DNA of 64,000 bases from Paraspadella gotoi (lineage: Eukaryota > Animalia > Chaetognatha): NCBI GenBank assembly GCA_051294375.1, contig CM119268.1:12275524-12339523 (forward strand), written 5' to 3'. Both the position numbers and the translations under genes were made by a program. Below are positions 29,301-42,399 of the stretch, piece after piece (within the stretch, counting starts at the first letter, position 1; every line of letters starts with the position of its first letter). The notes under the pieces were generated by a model. The model worked only from the letters and a program-made list of their open reading frames with translations. It did not search any database and was not told the DNA's origin.

Positions 29301-29394
<94 letters not shown>
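29301..29394 (+). repeat. (GA)n microsatellite abutting the RT fragment
   Basis: Pure run. Confidence 0.99.
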
Positions 29395-29397
<3 letters not shown>

Positions 29398-30127
29398 TTG
29401 ATCTTTTCTTCAATGAGAAAAGCGAGCCGAAAAAGAAAATGAATATTTTATTAACTGTTTTTTCATCAAAACTGATTCGTTTTATCATTTTTCACGTCAT
29501 TAATTATTTTCATTGTTTTTATTTTTCTTTTTCACAGCGCCGTTCACACGAGGCCTTTCATCTCACGCGATTCGAAGTGAGGGAGGTCGTTTACCCGCGC
29601 GTCGTGATGTCGATGGTTCTTCGCGGGCTCGTGATTCGCGAGGTTTCGGTTTCGCAGAATTGACAAGAATTTAAAAGTTTGATGCAGCAATTGGAAACGA
29701 CATTGATTTACAAAAGAAAATAAGAGTAGCACAATATGACAGTGGAAGACAACTCTTAATATAAAATTCACGCTTTCCACACGTAAATACAAATGGTTGG
29801 CTACAAAACAGAATATGGTCAATGAGATTACTGATCAGTATCATGTGTTAATAAGATCAGACCCCTGCCAAGTTATGACCTCTTAGTAATTCTCAACACG
29901 GCTGCGGCAGTAGCGTTGTAACGATGCGAAAATACACGTAGGAATAATAATAAAGGCAGTAAGGCAGTACCCAACGACGACAACGACGACGAAGCGACGC
30001 CCTAAAGTCTCTGGATTCCCTCGATTCCACGCGGCTTCATTTCGACGGCGTCGCGCGCTCAACAATTGCCTACGATGAGGGTATAACCATTACTGGGATT
30101 GGCTTTTGAACGGGGATGAGTCTTGTA

Positions 30128-30181
<54 letters not shown>

Positions 30182-31226
30182 TAAGCCGGGAATTCCCTGG
30201 GGGGAAGAAATTAAATTGTCAGAGACGGATTGGTTATGGAGTTTGCGTCACCTTCCGAAGTCGACTAATCTGTATTTCAGAGGCTCATCCTTTCAACCCA
30301 CCATTCTTTTCCCTAACCCCCTGGGATTATATCCTACCCTTTACATATATATTCCCTCGGATCATCCCGCACTCTCGAGAAAATCCCCGAAGATCACCTT
30401 TTTACATAATGCCCAATGCCCAATTGCCCATATCCTTCATCCTCTGCACTCAACTCGATGCGGAGTCATTCAATCTCAATTCAAGTTGAGCGGATGAGTG
30501 GACGTGATTTCTCATCCTCATTCCTCATCCAGATGAATTCCCGTCCAAACGCAATTTTTCCGCCCAAAAATTGTCACTCATCCGCATCGAAAGGCATTTC
30601 TGAGAAATCATTTCTCTCCCTGGAATCCTCACCCCCTCGCGTCGAGATCCTTGGCACAAACCCCTTCGCCTTCAATCCAATTCTATCAGAATTCCATTCA
30701 TCTTGTCTCTCTCTCTCTCTCTCTTTCTCCTTTATAAGTTTTAATAACAATTTTTGACACCCACCCCGATTTCTCTCTCTTTCAACCTTCTTTCTTAGCA
30801 CTCCCTTCATTTTTTTTTACACATCTAACCTCTCTCGCTCATGAAAATCCTAACCCTACTTTCTCTGCAAAGGTGTCTTTCTCTAAAACATCAAACCGCC
30901 TTTCTTTCCATTTTCTCCCGAAATATTCCAATTTCCCTCCCCGTAAACGGCCCCTTTCCCCTCTTCCCCTCACCCTCCCCTATGAAAAGGATTCCCCCCC
31001 CAACCGCCGTACTCTCCGACAGAAATAATGGAAGGCTGAGAGGCGAAGAGATCCGAGGAGTGAAGGATTCGGGGGGAATCAAGACTTGATATCAAAATCC
31101 AAAGGAGAAAATTATGCGCCTGAATGTGTCACGTCGGTCGTCGTTCGTCGTCGTCGTAACGACGGGTGGAAATTGGAGTGAGAGGCTTTTCTCTCTCTCT
31201 CTCTCTCTCTCTCTCCTCTCTCTTCT

Positions 31227-31278
<52 letters not shown>

Positions 31279-31771
31279 TCAGAAACTCCGAATATTCCAA
31301 TGAAATGGCGTCTCTCGTCTCTTCTTCCCAGAGGCGGAAGTTGCGGAATTTAGAAACAGGGAAGACGCGTTTCATAAAATTAGCATGCGGTAATCGTCGG
31401 GCATTAACTCTCTTGACTTTTCTGCTCCTGCGAATGGATGCCTTTTTTCCGTTTCTTTTTTTTTTTAATCTACCCTTTCTTTATCCTTCCTTCTTCTTTC
31501 TTTATCTTTTCTCGCCTTCTCAGTACCACGGAATCTTTGTTTTCTATCTCCTCGGTTTTCTTTTTTTTATTTTATCATTCTTTATTCTCTATTTTCTCGG
31601 TTTTCTTTTCTGTTTTCTCTGTTTTCGTCTTTATTCTCTCGGTTTTCTTCTCTTTTTTTTTCGGGTTCCTTTTAATTTGATTATTTTTCCAATGAAGCTC
31701 AAATAAACGTCACTTTTCCATCGACGTCGTTCTCTCTCTCAGTTGAGGGCATCAATTCCAAACGTTTCTAT

Positions 31772-31810
<39 letters not shown>

Positions 31811-34010
31811 CTCTCTCTCTTTTTTCCGAAGCCAATGAAATCTAATGCTCTTATTATCATTTAGTATTTTCTTTCTCTTCTCTTAACTCGTTTGTATTTG
31901 ATACGCCGATATATCGAAATACTTTGCTCACAATTTTTGTGAAGAATTCACTTATGACGCTTTCTCTTCGCCGCATCTCTAAACTCTATTTCTTTTTATT
32001 ACTTTTCTTAATCTCACTTCATTTTATTACTCGGCTCCTCTCCCTATTTTCTCAACGATGGCATAAATCTCTCTCTTTGCGCCTTTAAAACCGATTGTTT
32101 CTATCTATATTCTCCTCGTATTCCGAATATCGCGTCATCTTTATTCAATTTGAATATCGAGCGCTAAAATTCTTTTTTTTTGGGGGGGGGAAGGTAATCC
32201 GCGGGATTCGAACCCCGGTTTCTCCGTCACCTTTCGTAAGGATCCTTACCGCGTCTTTTTTGGTCGTTCCTTTTATTGACCTTCACCCTTTTTTTTTTCC
32301 TTTTCCAGCTTTTCTTCTTCCCACTTGCTATCTCGATTGTCATTTTCTATTTTTACTGCTTTAAATTAAACTAAATATANNNNNNNNNNTTCTTCTTCCC
32401 ACTTACTATCTCGATTGTCATTTTCTGTTTTTACTGCTTTCAATTAAACTAAATATAATTCCAATTAAACTGGATACTTATNNNNNNNNNNNNNNNNNNN
32501 NNNNNNNNNNNNNNNNNNNNNNNNNNNNNNNNNNNNNNNNNNNNNNNNNNNNNNNNNNNNNNNNNNNNNNNNNNNNNNNNNNNNNNNNNNNNNNNNNNNN
32601 NNNNNNNNNNNNNNNNNNNNNNNNNNNNNNNNNNNNNNNNNNNNNNNNNNNNNNNNNNNNNNNNNNNNNNTTCTTTTAGTATTCTTCCTCAACTTTTTAA
32701 ACCCTCCCTCCTCTTCCTCCTCCCTTTCGTTCATCGCATGCTCCTCTTCTTGTTTTTCCTTTCCCCAATTCCAAGACTCGCCCCCCCCTCTCTCCCTCCC
32801 CATTTTATTCCCTCATGCGTTTATTGGATATTTTTTTTCCCAATTTCCACGAAGCGCGGTCAAGGAAACATTCGTTTTCAATTAGTCATGGCTAAATAAC
32901 TTCGGATATATCGGTTGCGCTGCCCGCCGAAGGACCCTCTGTATATAATTCGAGTCTTCGGGGAGAAAAGAATTAAAAAGAGGGGAAGAGTTAATCCCCG
33001 GATTTATTATATAACGGGATTTCGGCGGGAATGACGGATTTAGCGAGAACGGATGACGCTTATTGCGAGGTTGTCATAAAGAGTTGGTGACCTTTTGTCG
33101 AAAAACCAAATTGGAAGGACGTTGAACTGGAATTGGAATCACGTGCGGATGGACTGAACGTACAATTCTCACTGAAATGACTTTTTATTAATTTTTAAAT
33201 TACAATTAAAACACACAATTGGCTTTGGCCCGTATTCCTGTAACTGGTTAGATCTTAGAATGCATTAAAGTTCGTTGCCTTTTTATGATTGCCCTTAGAC
33301 TTAACATCATATTGTTTACCATACTTCAAAACTATTTTTCTCCAGAGTTAGTATTCTTCCTCTCTCTCTTTTGGTCAGACTGAAACCTGTTATCAAAGTC
33401 TCAAAAGAAACAGAAAAACATTTCGCTCGTTAATCAAATGCAAAATTATTTTTTCTTTCGCCTTACTTCTCTTTTGTTGTCGGGACAATTTACTGGTAAA
33501 CATTTGTTTTTAGCTTAAAATAATGAATAATGAATTGAAATATTGAAAAAAAAAACAAATAAATATTTTGTAACAATCAAATCATATTGTCCTTCAGTTA
33601 ACAACTCTTGATATCCAAATATCATTAAATTTAACTAAAATTAAAAATAAAAATTACATCCGTCATGAATGGCCAAATCCATATCCCGCTACTGTTGTTA
33701 TGGACCGAAAACAGAGAAAGAAAATCTCCCCATTCATCAACGACCCAATAACCTGTCGGCGCCGCCGCCGCAATCGCCGCACGCCGCCGCCGCCGCACGC
33801 CGCCGCTTCCGTCCATTCCCTCCTTTCGATCACACCAACTCACCGATCGAGAGTCTCTCTCTCCTCGCGCAATTGCGCGAAAATTCCATTCGGTAAAAGA
33901 CGCGGAACGACTCGCCTTCCCAACCACCCTCGGCCCGCCCAATAACATTTACTCACCCTGCTTCGAATCTTACCCTCCCGAACCCAAAAGAGCTTGGCGA
34001 GGAAACTTAC

Positions 34011-34037
34011 CCGGCCCCTCCTCTCCGTTTTTCTGGT
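34011..34037 (-). other. Candidate 27-nt micro-exon
   Basis: Minus strand reads CCTCTCTCCACCGCAG|ACCAGAAAAACGGAGAGGAGGGGCCGG|GTAAGT. The only support is the splice signals. Confidence 0.2.
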
Positions 34038-34824
34038 CTGCGGTGGAGAGAGGCTATCCTCCGGCGATCGTAAAGCTTAATCCCTCGTCAAATTAAAACC
34101 AAAACTCTCTCTCTCTNNNNNNNNNNCTCTCTCTTTCTCTTCGCAGTTTCTCTCATATTTTTACGCTCCCGCTAAAGCGGTGAATTAACACGACCATCGG
34201 GAGAAGAATTCGCAGTTTTTTTCGCTGAAATTCAGCAGAAAGATGAATTTATAATTATCCAACTAAGATTCAAAAAAAAAAATTTTTAGAAAGAAAAAAG
34301 ACAGTCTGAAAGCTAAGTGAATAACAGTTTTTTTTCTTATTTTGTGTGGCTATATTGTTATATTTATTCAGAATCATTCACGATTTTGATTAATAGTAAC
34401 AAATGTAAATATAGTCATTTATAAATTCTGAAGCTTCGATCGCAACCCGAAATATTCAACTTCGACAAAACGTTTTTTATCTCAAGCCGAGAAACGAACC
34501 CGAGAATCTCTGGGCGACGCGTCGTCGTTTTGTTTACCAAACCAAAAATTAAGGGAAAAAAAGCGAAAAATGAAGATCGTAAAACCTGTTTTTCGTCCAT
34601 CGAATCGACTTTGTGTCACAGAAGAAGAAAATAAAGGGGAAAGAAAAAGGAGGGAGAAAAAATAGGGGAAGGGAGGAAAACAGGGGAAAGAATAAAAAAA
34701 AAGTCCGGAAATCGAAAGAAGAAAAAAAAACTTGAAAAAAACAAAATCTTGTGAGAAAATTCGGTTCTGATCGAAGTAGAGTTGAAGAAGGATTAAGAAA
34801 AGATGAAAAAAAGATGCGAGGGAG

Positions 34825-34881
<57 letters not shown>

Positions 34882-35384
34882 CTCTCTTCGCTCGTATTTC
34901 CTTTATTCGATTCTCTCCCTTTTCTTTCCCCTTCTATTTTTCTATTATCTCTCCCCCTTTTTTTTTCCTCTACCCCGTTTCAATTTTCTTTATTTTCCAT
35001 TTTTTTCCCGCCTTTTTTCTTTTTTTTTTCTTTCCGCTTCATTCAATTCTCCCGGCCTCAATATTTTCGTCAACAAAAGACGGTCGTCGAGGAAATCTTC
35101 TCCCTTTCGACGACAGACGTCGCTAGCGAAGAAGAAGAAGAAAACTCTCATCCCTAGAAATTTTTATTTCTTCCTCCAAATTAAAAAAAATAAAAATTTT
35201 TAAAAAAATATCGAGAGAAATCGAGATAGGGAGAGAGAATATCCTAGACTATCCTAGACTATCCTAGTCGATGTTGATAATGATAATGATAAGCGAAACG
35301 AAATCGAGTGTTTTAATGAGATCGTATCATTTGACTGGAGAGAGGTGCCTTCAAATCCGACGACCTTTGCCCAAGATGAAGAAA

Positions 35385-35432
35385 TTAGGGTTAAGGGTTT
35401 AGGGTTTAGGGTTTAGGATTAGGATTAGGGAT
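35385..35432 (+). repeat. Short telomere-like tract (TTAGGG/TTTAGGG variants)
   Basis: TTAGGG TTAAGGG TTTAGGG TTTAGGG TTTAGGA TTAGGA TTAGGGA. Confidence 0.6.
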
Positions 35433-37001
35433 TGGTTTATAAATAATATTTAGGTTTAATATTAAGGTTAAAATTAAATTCTGGGATAAACGAACAAAAA
35501 TTTGGCCCTCTCGGAAAAGAGAGCCCGCCTTGACAAAATCTCTAATCCTCATGAATGTTGTTCGCTGAATTGAAGTAATGCTGTAAGTCTCTGCAGTATA
35601 AATGCTTTAACCTAAAGATAGTTCTATTCAATTGAAGGAATGCTGTAAGTCTCTACAATATCAATTGATCTCATTCACTCGTTAAAAAGGAAGAAGAGAC
35701 AAACAAAACCAAAAAAAAGGGAAAAGATAGAGACAGAGACAGACGTCGATTCCGCTCCTAATATCGAAGAATCGATTGAACGCAAGAAACAAATGCGTCT
35801 CTCGGCGCGCATTTCGCGGCGCTCCGTTTTCGGCGTCATCGTCCTCGGCGTTCTCGGCGCTGGGCACCGAGGGGGATTAGCTCGGCCACTTTGGTCATGC
35901 AGCTTTCGAGTCCTTTTAGACTCTCCCAATACATGACTTTTGGGCGCGCCAGTTTCCGGTGCGCGGTTCCAGCGACTGAGTTATCGACACTCGGGTTTCT
36001 GGTTTGGAGTCATAACGAAAATGACGCGGACGAAGAGAAGACGTCGCCTTCGATCAGTTCCACTCACGCTCGACGAGGAGTCGGCGGAAAAGGGGGCGTG
36101 GCCCCAGTCACGGTCGTCGCTGTCGTCGTCGTTTACCACAGCGTTTCCTTCGATTTTCCAATTCTTTTTCACAGCTTAACGAAAGACACGACATCTTAAA
36201 CTCCCCCGAAATTTACATTCCAAAATGAATTTATATAAAATGTAGTAACAATCATTTACACNNNNNNNNNNNNNNNNNNNNNNNNNNNNNNNNNNNNNNN
36301 NNNNNNNNNNNNNNNNNNNNNNNNNNNNNNNNNNNNNNNNNNNNNNNNNNNNNNNNNNNNNNNNNNNNNNNNNNNNNNNNNNNNNNNNNNNNNNNNNNNN
36401 NNNNNNNNNNNNNNNNNNNNNNNNNNNNNNNNNNNNNNNNNNNNNNNNNNNNNNNNNNNNNNNNNNNNNNNNNNNNNNNNNNNNNNNNNNNNNNNNNNNN
36501 NNNNNNNNNNNNNNNNNNNNNNNNNNNNNNNNNNNNNNNNNNNNNNNNNNNNNNNNNNNNNNTCTTAATTTCAATTATAAAAAATACTATAGTATCTTTA
36601 AATTCGATCTGATTAGAGAAATCAACGATCAGTGGAGGAGGCCGAGATAAAACAAAATGATATGATTATGAATCGATTCAGTGAAAAAAGAAATCGTATA
36701 TTGTGGCATTTTGAAAAAGAGAGAGAAAGGAATAAAGTATGGTTTATATTTGAATGATTTCTTAACGTGCTTTAAAATTTATTTTAGAATTGGTGAATTG
36801 ATTTTCTTTCTCAGATAATATTAATATATATTAGATATATTATTCACACTGAGGATCTCCACTTAGCATCCAAACGACCATTCGTATGTTTGTTTTTATT
36901 TGTATTTATTTATCAATTCGTGCGTGAGTCTCTTCACCGATTTCAACTCAGCGGCGCCATAGCGATGACTTTCGCCCGATTAATCCGGCGATAACAATAA
37001 C

Positions 37002-37129
<128 letters not shown>

Positions 37130-38494
37130 CAAGATCTTCGGCCATCGAGAGAGATGGAGAGTGACTCAACGAGAAAATCTTGGGCGAGACGGAGCCAATA
37201 AAATCTGTCCACAAATCGAGGTCCTTTTTTCGTGCCCAGGAATCTATTTCTATTGCTTGGGAGCTTGATAGCTAGCTTTGCTTGCTTAATTCGTTTTTCC
37301 TCCACCTGATAAACATTCAAAGTCTTTTTTTTCTTTTATTCTCTTTTTTTCTATCCGATTTCATATCTTTGTCATTTCCAGATGATCTTTTCTCGCAGAC
37401 GAAACGATATTTTCATATTTTTCTATTACTTACTTACTTTTTTACTTACTTTTTTCTATAACTAATACTTTTTGGCTTTTCGCTATTTTTTGTGTGGTAG
37501 TGTTTGTTATCAGTTTATGGCGTGTTTCTATTTTTTGGTTATGTAGAGATTATTTTTACAATTACATTTTCGTGAAAAATTTTTGGTGTATTTGTTAGCG
37601 TCTCATTTCGTTGTCAGTGTGTCTTTTTGTTTTTATTAGCGTTTTTTTAACGTCTTTTTTATCGTCTTTTGTTTTCTCTTTTGTTTAACGTCTTTTGTTT
37701 TTTAGTGTCTCTTTTTGATGATGAGCGTTCTTATATATATAGGTTGATTGTAGTTTTTTATTTCATTGTGGTCCCTCGGCCCTTTACTGTAACACATTAT
37801 ATTTATACATTTTTGGGTATATTTTTACGCATTAAACACTTTTAACGTTTTTATACCGATTTACTTTTTATATGATGTTTTTGTTTTTAATGTTTTTAAA
37901 CGTTTGTTTCTGTTTTGAAATTGTTAATGATTTTAGCTTTTACAGTTTTTAAAATTTTAGTAGCGTTTTGAAATAAGTGATTATATTATATTTTTCGTGA
38001 TCAGTGTAGTTTTTTTTTTACTGTGTTCCAGTCTTTTTATGCTGTTATTGATAGCGATACTNNNNNNNNNNNNNNNNNNNNNNNNNNNNNNNNNNNNNNN
38101 NNNNNNNNNNNNNNNNNNNNNNNNNNNNNNNNNNNNNNNNNNNNNNNNNNNNNNNNNNNNNNNNNNNNNNNNNNNNNNNNNNNNNNNNNNNNNNNNNNNN
38201 NNNNNNNNNNNNNNNNNNNNNNNNNNNNNNNNNNNNNNNNNNNNNNNNNNNNNNNNNNNNNNNNNNNNNNNNNNNNNNNNNNNNNNNNNNNNNNNNNNNN
38301 NNNNNNNNNNNNNNNNNNNNNNNNNNNNNNNNNNNNNNNNNNNNNNNNNNNNNNNNNNNNNNNNNNNNNNNNNNNNNNNCCTCCTTCTCTCTCCTTTTCC
38401 CAAACTCATTTGATGGCCTGAGATTCACTGGACTCGCGAGATTCCTCCGCTGATTTGGGGAAAAATAAAACGAGGGAGGTGGGCGATTGGCGTG

Positions 38495-38712
38495 AGGGTA
38501 AGTGATTGTAGTATTTGGCACAAGGGTGAGCGATTGTGATTATTGGCGTTGAGAGTAAGTGATCGTGGTTAAAAGAGAGAAGGTAAGTGATTGAGGCAAC
38601 TGGCTAAAAGGGTAGGTGATTGTGGCAAATGAAAAAAAGGTAGGTGACTGGCGATATTAGAGGTGATCGTTGTAACTGGTCAAAGCGACTTTATACTAAG
38701 TAGGTGATTTTT
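38495..38712 (+). repeat. Degenerate ~28-29-bp minisatellite with core GGTA(A/G)GTGATTG
   Basis: Cores at ~38497, 38525, 38554, 38582, 38611 and 38639, with weaker ones at ~38661 and 38699. Confidence 0.75.
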
Positions 38713-39462
38713 TCGCTTGACCAGCGGATCTTAGTGATCACAGACGAGCCTCATCCAGATCCCGTATTTCGAAAAGGGTTGGTGATTAGAACGAGAAAGC
38801 TCCCCCCCCCCGACCCAGAGGGCGCGAAAAGTGGCTACAGACGGCAGAGAAAATTCGAGAGGCGGAAGCGTGGGAAATGGGAAGGTGGGGGGGGGGAAAG
38901 GCGGTCCGTTTGAGGTGGAGCGAAGGGAGAGGGGGGAGTCAATTTGTGTGGCGGGCAGACAATGGAGCGATTTTGATTAAAGAGAAAGAAAGAGGAAAGT
39001 TATGAGAAGAACGGAATTTAGTACAATTGAGAAAAGGCATCGAGAAATATAATGAAAAATGGTAGTGATGAATAATGATGTATAAATATTTTTTTTAAAA
39101 AACGGTAACGAACTTTGAGTATTGGCAGAAAGCAGATTGGTCCGTTCAGGTGAAAGAAAAATATAAAGTCGACGAAAATGGCAACTTCTTTTTCTATTAT
39201 ATGTTTTAAAGTTTAAACTTAACTGCTTTCGCTCTCGTTTTAAAGTAAAGACTTATTCTTATTACAACGAAAACTAAGCGTTACTATTATTCCCATCTTA
39301 CTTTTTTCAGCTTTTGCCATCCTTCCACCGCCGCCATCTGCCTACCACTTTTGCCACGGCCGCCATCTACCACCCCGTCTACCATTTGCCAGTCGGAGAC
39401 TCGAGTCGTGATTAATTTTGGAAGAGAAGCCTCATACATCATAGAGGAGCGTCTTGGTCTTT

Positions 39463-39545
39463 GTCCTCGTCTTCGCCTTCGTCTTCGTCTTCGTCTTCGT
39501 CTTCGTCTTCGTCTTCGTCTTCGTCTTCGTCCTCGTCTTCGTCTC
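39463..39545 (+). repeat. (GTCTTC)n hexanucleotide repeat
   Basis: Directly visible. Confidence 0.97.
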
Positions 39546-42356
39546 CTCCATTCGTCCTCCGACTCTATTCAGTATTCAATCGCCCGACCGGCCGATCAGT
39601 CAAGCCCGACCGACCGCCTATCAGTTTGCCCGCCCTCCTTTTCACCTGACTAGTCCTCCATCCCGGCCAATCAGTCTGCCCGCTTCTGAACTCGTCCTTG
39701 ACCGAATCAGTAATCACTAATATTACATTACTAATCAGTCCACCCAAAAATTAATCCTTTNNNNNNNNNNNNNNNNNNNNNNNNNNNNNNNNNNNNNNNN
39801 NNNNNNNNNNNNNNNNNNNNNNNNNNNNNNNNNNNNNNNNNNNNNNNNNNNNNNNNNNNNNNNNNNNNNNNNNNNNNNNNNNNNNNNNNNNNNNNNNNNN
39901 NNNNNNNNNNNNNNNNNNNNNNNNNNNNNNNNNNNNNNNNNNNNNNNNNNNNNNNNNNNNNNNNNNNNNNNNNNNNNNNNNNNNNNNNNNNNNNNNNNNN
40001 NNNNNNNNNNNNNNNNNNNNNNNNNNNNNNNNNNNNNNNNNNNNNNNNNNNNNNNNNNNNNNNNNNNNNNNNNNNNNNNNNNNNNNNNNNNNNNNNNNNN
40101 NNNNNNNNGCCCGCCCTTCGTCCTGTCTTCAACTACAACAACAACGACGGCCAGTCTGCAACTTATCTGGACGATTCTCCCTTCAGCCTTTTTTCGGTCC
40201 CACTTTTTTTCTTTTCATTNNNNNNNNNNCTACAACAACAACGACAGCCAGTCTGCAACTTATCTGAACGATTCTCAATTCAGTCTTTTTCGGTCCCACT
40301 TTTTTCTTTTCATTTCACTGGAATTAATTATTGCGGAGTTCTGCTCATAAACCTGCAATTTATAGGTTTATTAGCTGGCAGGGTTAGCAAACTGTTTTCT
40401 ATCTCGACTTCTCTCTCNNNNNNNNNNNNNNNNNNNNNNNNNNNNNNNNNNNNNNNNNNNNNNNNNNNNNNNNNNNNNNNNNNNNNNNNNNNNNNNNNNN
40501 NNNNNNNNNNNNNNNNNNNNNNNNNNNNNNNNNNNNNNNNNNNNNNNNNNNNNNNNNNNNNNNNNNNNNNNNNNNNNNNNNNNNNNNNNNNNNNNNNNNN
40601 NNNNNNNNNNNNNNNNNNNNNNNNNNNNNNNNNNNNNNNNNNNNNNNNNNNNNNNNNNNNNNNNNNNNNNNNNNNNNNNNNNNNNNNNNNNNNNNNNNNN
40701 NNNNNNNTCCAGTAAAAAAAAATTAAAAAGATAAAAAAAAAGTTTTCTTTACATTTTAAATCGTTGAGTCGTTTGGTTATTCGGGTAAATGGATCGAACC
40801 TTTTCACTTCCGAAATGCCTTTTAACTCATAATAATATTATCTGGGTTGTACCAATTTCACGTATTATGTTTTCTATCACAGTAAACCGTTATATTTAGA
40901 GTTTCAAAAAGCCAAGCTAGAAAACGTCACCGCATTCCTGAACCTTTCGCTTTCGTCCGCCATTTCACAATCCAATCGCGAAAAACCTTTTTTTCCTTTT
41001 CTTTTTTTCTTCGCTTCGAGTATATATGCAAATATGATCAACGTCGTCTCGCTTTCTTCAAAAGTCCCATGGAACTTTCTCATCTTCGGCCCATCATCGC
41101 CAACATCATCTCCATCATCGTTGTCCTTCTTTTTTTCTTTCCTTTTTCGCAGTCGTCATCGACGTCGTCGTCGTCGTCATCATCACCATCGTCACTTTTA
41201 ACTCGAGCGAGTACATCTCTTTCTTCCCTTCTCTTTTTCTTTCGTCGTCATTAACGTCTCGTCGATGATCCTCAGCTTCCCCATCTTCTTCACCATATCG
41301 AGGGTCATTCTTCCCATGCTCCCCCCCCATCCGACCTCCCCTGCAATTTTCGCCATTTTCCCCTCCCCCCACCTGAAAAAAACCTTTCACCATTATTCAG
41401 CCCCGGATTCCAGCCTCCGCGGCCAAAGATAAAAGGATCGTTCTCCTCTTCTCTTGTCTTAACCCATCCTTTTTCTTTTCTTTTCTTTTCTCTCCTTTTT
41501 TTTTTATTTTGCATTGATGGGTTGGATGTACTTCGTCGTCAGATTTTTTTTTATCAAAAAATGTTATTGAAATATTAATAATTTAAATTTTGATACAATG
41601 ACTAAGAAAATGAGACATATATACATATCTATATATATATATAGGTATATAGATATATCTATTTCCAGACGACCACACTCACAACTCTCTCCCCATTACA
41701 ATATAAAAGAATATACTATTATACTTAATATAAAAAATATAATTAAATCTAATATATAGAAAAATATATTAAAATTTTTACATTTTTTACATTTAGTTTT
41801 CAATTTTAATAAAAAATTTAAAGTCTAATATAGTAAAATAAGTAATCTTGCAATTTTTCATATATTACTTTATCGACGTCCCTATCGCCGGCGAAATTCT
41901 CACTGTCGAATCTAAAATCTTGAATCTACGTCTACAAAGAAACTTAAACAACTATGAGAAGATTAAACCCGGAATTCACGGTTGGTGAACTGAGCTGTCG
42001 AAGCCAATGGGAAGAACAGCGTTTCACTAAGCGATACATGAGGCAAATTTTGGATCGAGATCGAGAACCACGCCGAGGATTTGCACGCCCTTTCATCAGT
42101 ATCAACTGAAGGGCCTCGAGCGTAACTCTGCTTGTTTCTTTCTCTCTCTCTCTCTCTCTACTCTGTTCTTCATCTCTCTCTCTATCTTCTATCGATCTCT
42201 TCTTCGTCTCAGTCTCTCTCTCTCTCTTTCCAACACGTTTCCATTCGTGCCGCAGACTGATTAGAAAAAAAAAAATCCTCACCAACCATAATTTTATCTT
42301 TTCCAAAACACAAACTGGTTTTCCTCCCACTTTTTATCAACTCTTTATCATTCTTA

Positions 42357-42399
42357 TATCATTATCATTATCATTATCATTATCATTATCATTATCATT
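42357..42399 (+). repeat. (TATCAT)n hexanucleotide repeat
   Basis: Directly visible. Confidence 0.95.

Noticed and set aside
32190-32270. tRNA gene on the minus strand
   Set aside because: Only a T-loop/B-box motif; no acceptor stem, D arm or anticodon arm.
33227-33260. GGCCCGTATTC, resembling a PIF/Harbinger-type MITE end
   Set aside because: No matching inverted end found nearby.
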